DNA from: Candidatus Moanibacter sp.
Lineage (GTDB): Bacteria > Verrucomicrobiota > Verrucomicrobiia > Opitutales > UBA2987
Assembly (NCBI GenBank): GCA_965215885.1
Contig: CBDCEW010000099.1
Coordinates: 64,001 to 128,000, forward strand
Reading direction: 5' to 3'
DNA length: 64,000 bases
In this document: positions 36,775-48,601 of the stretch, in pieces
Numbering within the stretch: the stretch's first letter is position 1
Layout: each line of letters starts with the position of its first letter
Translations under genes and position numbers: made by a program
The notes under the pieces: model-generated
Seen by the model: only the letters and a program-made list of their open reading frames with translations
Databases searched by the model: none
Told to the model about the DNA's origin: nothing

Positions 36775-38257
36775 GCCTCGTCAGCAGAATCTGTGGGTTA
36801 TTTCGGGTTCAGGCAAGTCGGCCATGGTATGAAATAGGGCGATCTTAAGCACTTCGAAGCTCTTAAAGCCGTATGCTTTTCTGATAGTGAGATTTATATT
36901 GCGGTTAAAGCCCTCCACAATGCCGCAGGAAAAGGCCTTTTTGGCCCGAAACCAGTTGAGGATGAGCGGCTCGTGTTTGCGCACCGAGCGCACGAACCTT
37001 TTGATCGGTTTGAGGCGCGAACGCATGGCGCGCGTGCACCATTTTTTCAGATACCATTGGGCCCAGTAGGGACTTTTATAATGCCACAAGAGCTGAAAGC
37101 TCTCCTTTAGTAGATAGGCCCGCACGCTCTTCAGATCGTATTGGAGCACCTCCTTGAGGCGGATCTGTTGGGTGGGGGTGAGATTTTGCGGATTTTTCAA
37201 GAAACAGTATTTGCTTTTGACCAGCACGTTGATGTAGCCGTCCCGTTGCAATCGCCTGGCTTCCGCAGCACGAATCTCATTGAGGGCCTTGTTCAGGTTG
37301 GCTACCAAGTGGAAGCGATCGAGGATGTGCAGCGCCTGGGGTGCCTTTTTCTTGATCACTTTGAGGTAAGGCTTCCACAGATCCGAGCAGACGTAGAGGA
37401 TCTGGCTGCTCTTTTGCGCTCCCAATTCCCAGAAAAAACGCAAGAGCGATTTTACGTTGCGCTTATTGAATACGCCCAATAGCCGCCGCCGCCCCTCGTC
37501 AAGCTGGTAGACCACGGTGAGATAGTGATGGCCTCGATGATACTGCACCTCATCGACTCCGATCGCCTCAATCCCGCTCATATCGCGCCGTTTGAGCCCC
37601 CACCGCACCATCGCCTCGACCGACTCGAAGACGTTGCGCCAGTTCGTGCGAAAAACCCTTGCCGTCTCTTCCCAGCTCAAGCGCCTCGCCCACTGGGCCA
37701 GAAACCATTGCATTGGCCAACTCAGATGACTCTTGCCCTTGGCCCAGGGCACCTCTTCGACCTTCACCCCGCACCGCCGGCAATTGACCCGCCGCATGCG
37801 GTAACGAAAATACACCTTCATCCCCCACAAGGGCACAAATTCAAAATGCCTCGCCTCGCTCATGTGGTCGTAGCCGCTGGCCGTCCGGCCACACCCCGAA
37901 CAGCACACCCGACTATTCTTGCGCGGCTCAATCTGCACCACAATCGCCTCCTCCGATTTCACCATTTCCATACTCGCCTTTGCGTAAACAAAGCTCTTGA
38001 GCCAATAGCACCGATTCAGTAGCGTTTTGATGAGCACTGGGTCCTCCGTGTTCAGGATGTATTTTCGGTACTACTTTCATCCTCGGAACGGCCCGGTGCT
38101 TCAACCTTTCAATCCCATATGCAAAGAAAACACCGACCAGCCCCTCCGGCTGTGGAGGAGCGGGATTCAGGGCAGCGCCCTGACTTCTCCTTGTGCTCAC
38201 CGACTCTATTTCCTCTTGTAAGCGACGTTACCCACCCACAGATTCTACTGTAGACCC
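36775..38257 (-). mobile_element. ISL3-family insertion sequence, copy 2 (1483 bp)
   Basis: Same IRs as copy 1 apart from one substitution; 8-bp target duplication AAAACTAA at 36767-36774 and 38258-38265. Confidence 0.95.
36781..38037 (-). CDS. ISL3-family transposase
   Basis: 418 aa; three amino-acid differences from copy 1. Confidence 0.95.
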   Translation of the reverse strand: MLIKTLLNRCYWLKSFVYAKASMEMVKSEEAIVVQIEPRKNSRVCCSGCGRTASGYDHMSEARHFEFVPLWGMKVYFRYRMRRVNCRRCGVKVEEVPWAKGKSHLSWPMQWFLAQWARRLSWEETARVFRTNWRNVFESVEAMVRWGLKRRDMSGIEAIGVDEVQYHRGHHYLTVVYQLDEGRRRLLGVFNKRNVKSLLRFFWELGAQKSSQILYVCSDLWKPYLKVIKKKAPQALHILDRFHLVANLNKALNEIRAAEARRLQRDGYINVLVKSKYCFLKNPQNLTPTQQIRLKEVLQYDLKSVRAYLLKESFQLLWHYKSPYWAQWYLKKWCTRAMRSRLKPIKRFVRSVRKHEPLILNWFRAKKAFSCGIVEGFNRNINLTIRKAYGFKSFEVLKIALFHTMADLPEPEITHRFC

Positions 38258-38261
38258 AAAA

Positions 38262-38301
38262 CTAAGAGCCTGTCCGATTTTGGGATCCAACAGATTCCTA
38301 G
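38262..38301. mobile_element. Minimal IS5-like MITE (two abutting ends)
   Basis: CTAAGAGCCTGTCCGATTT...GATCCAACAGATTCCTAG; the final CTAG contains the queA stop. Confidence 0.55.
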
Positions 38302-39395
38302 AGGATGAACATGGCATCGCCGTAGCTGTAAAACTTGTAGTCTTTTGCTATAGCCTCACGGTAGATTTCTTTCAACCATTTTATTCCCGCCGTATCACCG
38401 GGCGTGAGAAATGCGGATACAAGGCACATCAGGGTCGACCTGGGCAGATGGAAATTGGTTAGAAGGAGGTCTGGGAAAGAGAATCTATATGGAGGGTAGA
38501 TGAAAAGTTCGGCTTCCTCGGAGAAGTTTGGCTCGTTCCACATTTCCTTCAGATTGGGATCCCTTTCCGTCTTCTTCAGATAATCTTCGATCGCACGAAC
38601 CGAGGTGGTTCCGATTGCGACGCGTGGCCCCTTTTCACTGGAGTGAAGAGCCCTACGGGTTGACTGCGAGATTTCATAAAACTCGCGGTGCATTTGATGC
38701 CCTTGAATTGTTTCTCCCTGAATGGGTTTGAAGGTTCCAAGGCCAATGTGTAAAGTGAGGTCATAGCTCACTATGCCACGATCTTCGATACGTTGGAGGA
38801 TCTCTTTTGTAAAATGAAGTCCGGCAGTCGGCGCTGCGGCCGCCACTGTCCGGTTTGGATCTGAATAGACGGTCTGGTAGCGTTTCGTGTCTGCGCATGG
38901 CAAGTCGTTCGAAGCAGGACGCTTGATGTAGTGCGGAAGTGGCATTTCTCCGTGTTTCTCTGCCATCTCCAAGACTGTTGCGAAGCCTTCAGGCTCAAAT
39001 GCGATGCGGAATTGGCCGTCCGATGTCTGCTCCAAAACAGTTGCGGTGAAAACGCCTTCGGCGCCAAATTTTCTTCCCGGTCTCGCTTTCCGCCCCGGTT
39101 TCAGTAGGCACCACCAGGTATTCAATGTCCTGGCCGGGTGCAGGAGTAAACACTCGATATTCCCTCCGCTTGGCAGATGGGCTTTGAGGCGTGCCTTGAG
39201 AACCCGTGCTGTGTTGCGGAAGAGGGTACTGCCGTCCGGCAGCAATTCCGGAAAATCAAAGAATCGGTGATGTGATATCTGCCCGGATTGCCTGTCAATT
39301 CTCAGCAGTCTGGAGTGGTCTCTCTTTGGTGCGGGAACTTGCGCGATCGCACTCTGGGGAAGATTGTAATCAAAAAGATTGGTCTTCAGATTCAC
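38298..39395 (-). CDS. queA: S-adenosylmethionine:tRNA ribosyltransferase-isomerase
   Basis: FDYNLP..IAQ, MPLPHYI, RYQTVY, AAPTAGLHF, IGTTSVR, TNFHLPRSTL, FYSYGDAM. Confidence 0.95.
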   Translation of the reverse strand: MNLKTNLFDYNLPQSAIAQVPAPKRDHSRLLRIDRQSGQISHHRFFDFPELLPDGSTLFRNTARVLKARLKAHLPSGGNIECLLLHPARTLNTWWCLLKPGRKARPGRKFGAEGVFTATVLEQTSDGQFRIAFEPEGFATVLEMAEKHGEMPLPHYIKRPASNDLPCADTKRYQTVYSDPNRTVAAAAPTAGLHFTKEILQRIEDRGIVSYDLTLHIGLGTFKPIQGETIQGHQMHREFYEISQSTRRALHSSEKGPRVAIGTTSVRAIEDYLKKTERDPNLKEMWNEPNFSEEAELFIYPPYRFSFPDLLLTNFHLPRSTLMCLVSAFLTPGDTAGIKWLKEIYREAIAKDYKFYSYGDAMFIL

Positions 39396-39591
39396 TACTA
39401 TGACCCGCTCTTGGAGAAAAAAATTGCGCTGCTCGCCTTCGTTCTTACGGTTGGTGCACTTAACACAGATGCCCCGGTGTGTCGAAATTGGAATTTCGCT
39501 CTAAGGAAGTTTCCGCAAGATGCTGTCGGCAATCTGATTAGGAGTCACAAATCCGCCTACGGGTGATATTATTTTGGAGGATTATCTGAAT

Positions 39592-41553
<1,962 letters not shown>

Positions 41554-41679
41554 TCGGTCTCGTCCCACCCGCTTAGCGGGATAATCGTGCTCGGCGAATG
41601 AGTCCACCGAAGAAAAAAAGCGGAGTTATCAAGTGAGTGTGGTCCGGCTGGATCTAACAAAGAGTGAAGCTTGTTGAAG

Positions 41680-41760
41680 CGCCAAGACCAAAAGCTTCCG
41701 CTTTCCGCTACACTCTTCGATCCGGATGGTAGCGGAAAGCGGAAGCTTTTCGTCTTGGCG
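41680..41760. repeat. GTAG-type REP doublet (REPIN-like)
   Basis: 32-nt arms with one mismatch and a 17-nt spacer; REP GTAG-CGGAAAGC-GGAA-GCTTTTCG; lies between convergent genes. Confidence 0.75.
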
Positions 41761-41857
41761 ATCTTTCGAGCACGAACACGATATATTATCCGCCAAACAG
41801 GTGATACTCGCTCTCGGATTCTCACCCGAGAACCCGCATGTCATGAGAAGTATCAGA

Positions 41858-42859
41858 TCAGATTACGTCCGCTCTGGAATGGGCTCCGATTATCCTGATC
41901 TCTCCAGGCTCGGTACTTAAGTCGATATCGCCCGTCTCTTCAAGTTCGCGCAATTTACCCCGGATTGTCTCGGGTAGCTGATCCCGCTCTTCCGGAGAAT
42001 TGATGGGACCATTAAAGACCTCGTTGCCATCGGAATCTTTAGCAGTGAGATGCCTGTTTCCGTCTTTGGTGGTAAGAGTAACGACACCATCCTTATCTTT
42101 GAAGACGATGTTCTTGTTCCTCATCTTTATGATCGTCTTTCTTCCTTCCAGTCTGTCCTCTACTCGTCTTATCTCCTCCACCGCTTCGTTAAGGCTGTGT
42201 CTTGCGATCGATCCAATTCTCTTTTCGAAATCATCCCGATCACCAGAAAACAGCCTGATGTCGTGATCGAAGTAGGTGTAATCGGCCGGCGAGTCGGGAA
42301 CGGGAATTGCGCGCATAACGCCGTGTGATCCCTGCCTGTCGGAGGATTCGAACCAGAGGCCGAGATCTCCCCGGCGTCTGTATTTTTCGGGTTCTCTCAT
42401 AACGAGTTCGGCCTGCAGACTTATCTCCTCCCCGGCTCGCAAAACGGTGAATTCCACTTTGTCGCCTTCATTTCGGGTACGGATTAATACGCGCAGCTGG
42501 TATGGGTGGATTAGTATCTGATCGTCAAGTTTCCTGAGTATGTCGTGTGCCTGAAGTCCTGCTTCTTCGGCCGGGCTTTCTGGCACTACATAGCGGACAG
42601 TCAGCCCCATTCCCTGGGGAAGTCCCAATTGAGCGCTCACCGTCGAGTCGAGCAAGGTCGTATGGATTCCCAGAAAGGTCATCGGGCCTGATTCCTCAAC
42701 CGATTCACCTCGAAGGAAATCGCCGTCGTGTCTCTCGATTTTGCGAATCGCGACGTGCGGAGGGCCCCCCCGTATGTAGTCTTGAGCGTAGGCAGTAAGA
42801 ACGGGAATCAGAAACAACTGAACCGCTACCCCTCTTTTGATTGCATCGTATTTTTTCAT
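41858..42859 (-). CDS. Secreted PDZ-domain protein with no protease domain
   Basis: Signal peptide; TFLGI...QLGLPQGMGLTV..V.PESPAEEAGLQAHDI; C-terminal beta-rich HLTAKDSDGNEVFNGPI domain. Confidence 0.82.
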   Translation of the reverse strand: MKKYDAIKRGVAVQLFLIPVLTAYAQDYIRGGPPHVAIRKIERHDGDFLRGESVEESGPMTFLGIHTTLLDSTVSAQLGLPQGMGLTVRYVVPESPAEEAGLQAHDILRKLDDQILIHPYQLRVLIRTRNEGDKVEFTVLRAGEEISLQAELVMREPEKYRRRGDLGLWFESSDRQGSHGVMRAIPVPDSPADYTYFDHDIRLFSGDRDDFEKRIGSIARHSLNEAVEEIRRVEDRLEGRKTIIKMRNKNIVFKDKDGVVTLTTKDGNRHLTAKDSDGNEVFNGPINSPEERDQLPETIRGKLRELEETGDIDLSTEPGEIRIIGAHSRADVI

Positions 42860-42936
42860 GATTCTTTTGAGTTTAGTTTCCGTCTTTTTGATTTTTCATT
42901 GCAACAGCCCCTTTCAAACTTCCTCTTGCCCCCAAC

Positions 42937-43434
42937 CTAATACGTATCCAAACGAACCAGGATCACCTCCTCGCGCGGTATGCGAAGTTCGATGGATGAA
43001 TCGGCTTCAGCATTTTCCAGAGTGTAAGTGTCGAGAAACTTATATCGCATTTTTCTCGCCGGTGTCTTGTCGTTGAGAATATAGATTCCCTCGTCTTTTG
43101 CATCGTAGAGATAGTGATCGGTTCTGATCGGCCGATAGCGTGTGCTTTCACGGACAAAGTTTCGGAGCACACTCTGAACGGCTGCTACAGGTTCAGTTGC
43201 ACTGTCCTCCACCTTAGGCTTTCTGGCCATAATGAAAACAAAGATTGCTGCTGCGCTAAGCGGTATGAGCCAGCCCCAATGCGCCAATATAGGGCTTGGG
43301 TGGGCATTGCCCGAAGAGGCGGGGAAAGTCCCTTCCGCCATCTGGTCCCCGATTTTTTGCCAGATACTCTCAGAAGGCTGTGCTGGCACGAGTTCCTTCA
43401 ATTCGTTTTCCAGGTTATCCAGATGCTCTTTCAT
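42937..43434 (-). CDS. Putative anti-sigma factor, single TM
   Basis: Follows the ECF sigma gene; LENELKELVPAQPS N-domain, TM WLIPLSAAAIFVF. Confidence 0.68.
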   Translation of the reverse strand: MKEHLDNLENELKELVPAQPSESIWQKIGDQMAEGTFPASSGNAHPSPILAHWGWLIPLSAAAIFVFIMARKPKVEDSATEPVAAVQSVLRNFVRESTRYRPIRTDHYLYDAKDEGIYILNDKTPARKMRYKFLDTYTLENAEADSSIELRIPREEVILVRLDTY

Positions 43435-43462
43435 TACCTAGCTGAATATAAAGGTGTGCTGT

Positions 43463-44002
43463 TCATGTCTGCAGGACAGATTCCAGGCTCTTGCGGAGTG
43501 AGGAGAGTGCGTAACGATATCGAGATGCGACTGTATTCCTCGAGATATCCAGGACGTGGCTTATTTGTTCGAAAGTCAGGTCTCCCCATATCTTTAGCGT
43601 GAGGACTTCTTGTTGCTCTTGCGGAAGTCGCATATATGAAGATTCGATCATCTTCTTGCGTTCGCTATCCTCCAACGGAAGTTCGAATACGTAGAGATTT
43701 CGGCCCCAAATTTCGTCGGCAACTTTCTCTCTCGCCAAACGTCTGGAATTCTTTCTGGCGAGATCAATTGCGCTTCTGCGAATCGTCTTATAAGCTGCCG
43801 GGGCGTGTGGCAGATTACCGTCACGATATTGTCTCCAAAGGCGGATAACCGCATCCTGGAGGACGTCTTCGGCATCGGATTGGGAGCGGGTCTGCTGCCT
43901 GGCGAAGAGCAGCAGGCGGGGCCCGTAGGTTTGAAACCATCCTTTCCAGGAAGAATGAGCGTCTGGTAGATCCATGCCCGTTGTGTCATTACTCTGACAC
44001 AT
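43463..44002 (-). CDS. ECF sigma-70 factor, module 3
   Basis: DAEDVLQDA, LPQEQQEVLTLKIWGDLTFEQI, NTVASRYRYAL. Confidence 0.92.
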   Translation of the reverse strand: MCQSNDTTGMDLPDAHSSWKGWFQTYGPRLLLFARQQTRSQSDAEDVLQDAVIRLWRQYRDGNLPHAPAAYKTIRRSAIDLARKNSRRLAREKVADEIWGRNLYVFELPLEDSERKKMIESSYMRLPQEQQEVLTLKIWGDLTFEQISHVLDISRNTVASRYRYALSSLRKSLESVLQT

Positions 44003-44088
44003 ATAGCGTCACAGACCCCTGAATTTGTCTAATTGTTCAACCTACTAACATCGAACTATGGCATTTGCCATCAAGCTAAACGCGTTCG

Positions 44089-44373
44089 AAGTCCGACAGG
44101 CTCTTAGTGTGCAGACGAAAATGGAACGCCAAACAAAGCAGAAATCAGGAAATTGCCTAATGGATCTCACTAATTCCTACCTCTCTGTCATCGCGAGCAG
44201 ACCATAGGGAGGCGTGGCGATCCAGACATTGTGACGAAGCAACGATTCCGTTGAGCGGGTTGTCCAAACAGTTTTCCTCATTGCATAGTCTCCTGATGCG
44301 GCAGGTTGTGACAGTTCGAAATTTTAGAAGACTGAAGGTGTGGATTGCTTCGTTATTCTTCCTCGCAATGACA
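44089..44373. repeat. Orphan IS5-like MITE end plus TGTCA-type palindromic doublet
   Basis: AAGTCCGACAGGCTCTTAG at 44089-44107; TGTCATCGCGAG...CTCGCAATGACA at 44186-44373. Confidence 0.65.
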
Positions 44374-44462
44374 AGTTTCGAATGCAGGAGCGAATAGGTG
44401 ATTCAAGATCTACATTTGATCTGCCCTAACCTGGTGATTTCTTTGAAATCTCTTGGTTGGCC

Positions 44463-44780
44463 CTACGGACTGTTAGAGACAAGCAGACTTCGCCTCAGCT
44501 TAGTGAGGAAATTGTATGGCCAGTCTCTTTCTACCATTCGTAACGCAAAGTTGGGTATCCAGCCGGATGGCTCCACTTGCCCCTCGATTGAGAGATCCCA
44601 TATTCCCTTTCCGCTCGTGGAAGGCTTCAGTTGGATGTGTGCCTGTTTAAACTTCGCGCGGACGAATTTTCGGGGCGCATCATAAGGGTCGTCCACTGAG
44701 ATGAGGGCATTGTAATCACGTGTCGGATGGGCGCTCCCACATGCGTTACCGAATTTACGAATTCGAGTACCTAGGTTTGT
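44463..44780 (-). pseudogene. C-terminal remnant of a START-domain-like protein
   Basis: ...LSIEGQVEPSGWIPNFALRMVERDWPYNFLTKLR resembles the START C-terminus (DPGGxIP plus final helix); an in-frame stop lies upstream and the N-terminal half is absent. Confidence 0.45.
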
Positions 44781-44904
44781 TTATCGTCGATATACGATTA
44801 AACGTTAGTCAAATTCTGGATTCTGAATTGAAGGTCGGCAGTCCTCGAGCAGTTTTTTTGGAATTGCCTCAGACGGCCTTCGCTGAGGCAATATTGTCGA
44901 ATGA

Positions 44905-45052
44905 GGAATCTGTCGGGCTTAGCAATCCTAATCCCGTCACGCCGGGAGTTACAGATCGAGATTCCGACCCAGATAGGACCGACAGATTCCCAGGAAGAAA
45001 ATGAAAGCGAGTAGCTGTTTCGAAAGAGGCATAAAGTCCGACAGGTTGTTAG
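44905..45052. mobile_element. IS5-like MITE, homologous to 63193-63380
   Basis: GGAATCTGTCGGGCTTAGCAATCCTAA...GACCCAGAT..GACCGACAGATTCC...TTCGAAAGAGGCATAAAGTCCGACAGGTTGTTAG. Confidence 0.72.
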
Positions 45053-47655
45053 GGCGGCTTCTTGTAGGATTTTTTCTCGTGACCATTACTGGTTATCCGG
45101 AGGAATTGAGTTACTTCCTCCCGGAAGAGACGGTCTACGATCCATCGGTTCCAAGTCCAGCGTCTTTTCTTGGTTATGAAGTTGGTGAGCGCCATGTCCG
45201 GCACCATGAACTGGTGGCTTACATGGAGGCTCTGGCGGGCGCTTCAGATAGAGTATTGCTGGAGGAGTACGCCCGGAGTTTCGGCGAGAAACCGCTCCAG
45301 ATTCTGACGATAACGTCGCCTCAGAACCACAGGAATGTGGAGACGATCCGAGCGAATCATTTACTTCTCAGCGATCCGGAAGCCCCAAAGCGAATTAAGT
45401 TAAAAGAACAGCCGGTCGTGGTGAACCTCAGTTACGGTGTGCACGGGGATGAGGCGAGCGGTAGCAATGCCGCGATTCTGGTAGCCTACTATCTGGCTGC
45501 AGGTGTTGGAGAAAAGGTGAATTTGCTCTTGCGGGATTGTGTTGTTCTGCTCGATCCCGCACTCAATCCGGACGGTCTCGATAGGTTTGCTCAATGGGTC
45601 AATCGCCACGTAGGAAGAAGACCGAATGCGGATCCGAATCACCGCGAGCATAGTGAGTCGTGGCCGAGGGGCCGGACAAACTATTACCTCTTCGATCTTA
45701 ACCGCGATTGGTTGCCTGCGCAGAATCCGGAGAGCCGCGGACGGCTTGAACAGTTTCATCGGTGGAAGCCGAATATCCTTGCCGATTTTCATGAAATGGG
45801 AACCGAATTCACTTATTTTTTTCAGCCCGGCGTTCCTGAGAGAAACAACCCTCTTACCCCTTCCGCGGTATTCGAATTGACCTCGCGTCTTGCGCATTTT
45901 CATACGCGTGCCTTGGATCGTATCGGAAGCCTGTATTTCACTAAAGAGGTCTATGACGATTTCTTTGTGGGTAAGGGGTCGACTTATCCGGATTTACAGG
46001 GAGCCATCGGCATTCTTTTCGAACAGGCCAGCTCCCGGGGACAGCTTCAGAGGAGCGATAACGGCATCCTGAGCTTCGCTCATACTATCAGGAATCATGT
46101 CGTTACTTCCCTCTCTACATTGGAAGGTTCCCGGGATATGCGCTTGGACCTGCTCCTACACCAGCGTGACTTTTTTAACGAATCGCTTCAGCTGGGAAAG
46201 GAGTCGGAAGTCAAAGCATATCTCTTCAGTGCTCCCGATGACTCCGCTCGGGCCTTTCACTTCCTGGAAATCCTGCATGCTCATCAGATTCGAGTCTATC
46301 GTCTGAGAAAAGGTCTGAAAGTAGGGGAATTCGAGTTTTCTCCCGACGATACTTTCATCGTGCCGACAGCACAACCTCAATACCGCTACCTGACTTCTCT
46401 TTTCGAGTTGCGCACGGAATTTGAAGAGAACGTCTTTTACGATATCTCCGGCTGGACGCTGCCTCTTGCCTTCAATCTTCGATTCGCCGAAATTGGATCA
46501 GAATATCGAAAACAGTTGTTAGGAGAGCCCGTCGTGATTCCGGGATTTCCCAGCCGGCAGTTCTCTGACGAAGAGACTTCCTTGGCATACTTGATCGATT
46601 GGCGCGGTTATTATGCGCCAAGATCGCTCCAGAGGTTGCTCGATGCGGGCGCTCTCGTCAAAGTGGCGCAGAAGCCGTTCGAAATGGATATCGGAGACCA
46701 GAGGCGGCGATTCGGCTACGGCACTCTTCTCGTTGCCCGGTCCATACAGGCTGAATCGATTGATGCAATCGTGGAGGTTCTCCAAGTTTGTTCGAAGGAT
46801 GATGGCGTAAACGTTGTATCGGTCGAGACGTCGTTATCACCCTCTGGAATCGATCTCGGAAGCCGTCAATTCGCTATCGTGAAAAATCCGAGGGTTCTCT
46901 TGATCTCTGGAGAGTACACTTCCCAATACGAAGTCGGGCAGGTCTGGCACCTGCTTGATAGACGTTTCTCGATTCCCGTAACTCTCCTCGATGGTCACCG
47001 ACTTCAGTCTCTGGACTTAAGCGAATACACCTCCATTGTCCTGGTGAGTGGAAAGCATAAGCTTCTCGGGCAGGATTCGATTGCAGCCTTGAAGGCGTGG
47101 ATCGATCAAGGCGGCACCCTTATCTGCATAGGCAATGCCGTCAAATGGGTAATCGAAAATGAAATCGCGGACGGGAAGGTCAAAGGCGAAGTTGGAGAGG
47201 AATATCGAGAGTCTGAAATGGCAACTGCGATACTTGGGGAAAAGGAGAATGTTGAACCACGGCCCTATGCTGAGGCCCAGCGTGATTTGGCCTTCGAAAT
47301 CGTGCGCGGAGCCATCCTAAAGGCTGAACTGGACATTACCCATCCCCTCTGCTACGGCTATCAGTCCAATGTTTTGCCCGTATTTCGTGATAATCGAATC
47401 TCTCTCGAGCCCTCTACAAACGCGTATGCAACGCCGGTTAGGTATTCGGGAGATCCGTTACTCGGCGGCTACGTTTCCCAAGATAATCTCGATCGGTTAG
47501 CTGGTTCGGCCGGCGTTGTCGTCGATCAGCGCGGAAAGGGCCGAATCATCCTTATGGTCGATAATCCAAACTTTCGCGGATACTGGTACGGCACGAATCG
47601 CCTGTTTCTCAACAGCATTTTCTTCGGCCCCCTCATTAGAGAACCCAAACCGTGA
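45001..47655 (+). CDS. M14 family zinc carboxypeptidase with C-terminal class I GATase-like domain
   Basis: VHGDE, NPDG, GRTNYYLFDLNRD, DFHEM, LFEQ motifs. Confidence 0.9.
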   Translation: MKASSCFERGIKSDRLLGRLLVGFFLVTITGYPEELSYFLPEETVYDPSVPSPASFLGYEVGERHVRHHELVAYMEALAGASDRVLLEEYARSFGEKPLQILTITSPQNHRNVETIRANHLLLSDPEAPKRIKLKEQPVVVNLSYGVHGDEASGSNAAILVAYYLAAGVGEKVNLLLRDCVVLLDPALNPDGLDRFAQWVNRHVGRRPNADPNHREHSESWPRGRTNYYLFDLNRDWLPAQNPESRGRLEQFHRWKPNILADFHEMGTEFTYFFQPGVPERNNPLTPSAVFELTSRLAHFHTRALDRIGSLYFTKEVYDDFFVGKGSTYPDLQGAIGILFEQASSRGQLQRSDNGILSFAHTIRNHVVTSLSTLEGSRDMRLDLLLHQRDFFNESLQLGKESEVKAYLFSAPDDSARAFHFLEILHAHQIRVYRLRKGLKVGEFEFSPDDTFIVPTAQPQYRYLTSLFELRTEFEENVFYDISGWTLPLAFNLRFAEIGSEYRKQLLGEPVVIPGFPSRQFSDEETSLAYLIDWRGYYAPRSLQRLLDAGALVKVAQKPFEMDIGDQRRRFGYGTLLVARSIQAESIDAIVEVLQVCSKDDGVNVVSVETSLSPSGIDLGSRQFAIVKNPRVLLISGEYTSQYEVGQVWHLLDRRFSIPVTLLDGHRLQSLDLSEYTSIVLVSGKHKLLGQDSIAALKAWIDQGGTLICIGNAVKWVIENEIADGKVKGEVGEEYRESEMATAILGEKENVEPRPYAEAQRDLAFEIVRGAILKAELDITHPLCYGYQSNVLPVFRDNRISLEPSTNAYATPVRYSGDPLLGGYVSQDNLDRLAGSAGVVVDQRGKGRIILMVDNPNFRGYWYGTNRLFLNSIFFGPLIREPKP

Positions 47656-47658
47656 TAG

Positions 47659-48447
47659 TTAAGTCTCCACACTCACTTTACGGTCGAAGTGCGTGTAGCC
47701 GCCGTCCACAAATAGTATCTGACCGGTGGTATGGGAGGAGCGATCCGATGATAGAAAGACGACCATATCGGCGATTTCCTCTTTCGTCGTCATGCGATGG
47801 CCCAGGGGAATCAGGTTCTCGATTTTCTTGAGAGTTCCTTCCGGATCGCCCAGGGTCTGCAGCCAGCGTTCGTAGAGTGGCGTCATTACTTCGGCCGGCA
47901 ATACCGCATTGACGCGGATACCGTGCGGCGCCAGATCGACTGCCCACTCCCGAGTGAGAGAATTTATACCCCCTTTGGAGGCGGCATAGCCAGAAGTGTT
48001 GCCCTGCCCGGTGACACTGACCTTTGATCCAATGTTGATGATAACTCCCCCGGACTGTTTGAGGTGATGGAGAGCAAAGTGGGTGACTGCGAAATAATGA
48101 AAGAGGTTGTTTTGCAGGGACCCCATAAATTCAGAGGGTGTTCTGTCCAATCCGACACTGTCGTTCACACCTGCGTTGTTTACCAATATGTCGATTCGCC
48201 CGAAGACCGTAACCGTTTCCTCTACACACTTCCTGCAATCCTCTTCTTTCGTGAGGTCGGCCTGAATGAAAAGCGCATTCTTCCGGTCACTCTTTAATTC
48301 TTCGACAAGAGCGAGGCCTGCCTTCGTGCTGCGGTTCACGACGATTACGATGGCCTCTTCTGCCGCGAAGGAACGCGCGATACCTTCGCCAATACCTTTC
48401 GCACCTCCTGTAACGATGACGACTTTGTTATTCAGATTCAGGTTCAT
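47659..48447 (-). CDS. SDR oxidoreductase, L-fucose dehydrogenase-like
   Basis: TGGAKGIG, NNAGVND, YAASK, LTREWA, VDGGYTHFDR. Confidence 0.8.
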   Translation of the reverse strand: MNLNLNNKVVIVTGGAKGIGEGIARSFAAEEAIVIVVNRSTKAGLALVEELKSDRKNALFIQADLTKEEDCRKCVEETVTVFGRIDILVNNAGVNDSVGLDRTPSEFMGSLQNNLFHYFAVTHFALHHLKQSGGVIINIGSKVSVTGQGNTSGYAASKGGINSLTREWAVDLAPHGIRVNAVLPAEVMTPLYERWLQTLGDPEGTLKKIENLIPLGHRMTTKEEIADMVVFLSSDRSSHTTGQILFVDGGYTHFDRKVSVET

Positions 48448-48601
48448 GGAACGGAATACTGAGTTTGATCAACGGAGTGGAGAATTAGTGGAAGTAGCTT
48501 GAAGTGGTCGTGGTTGTTTATCCTTACATGCACCTCCCCATGTTCAACAATCAATTGCTAAGTGACTCGGTCTTTCTAACATCGTAAAAAGTGAGGTAAT
48601 T

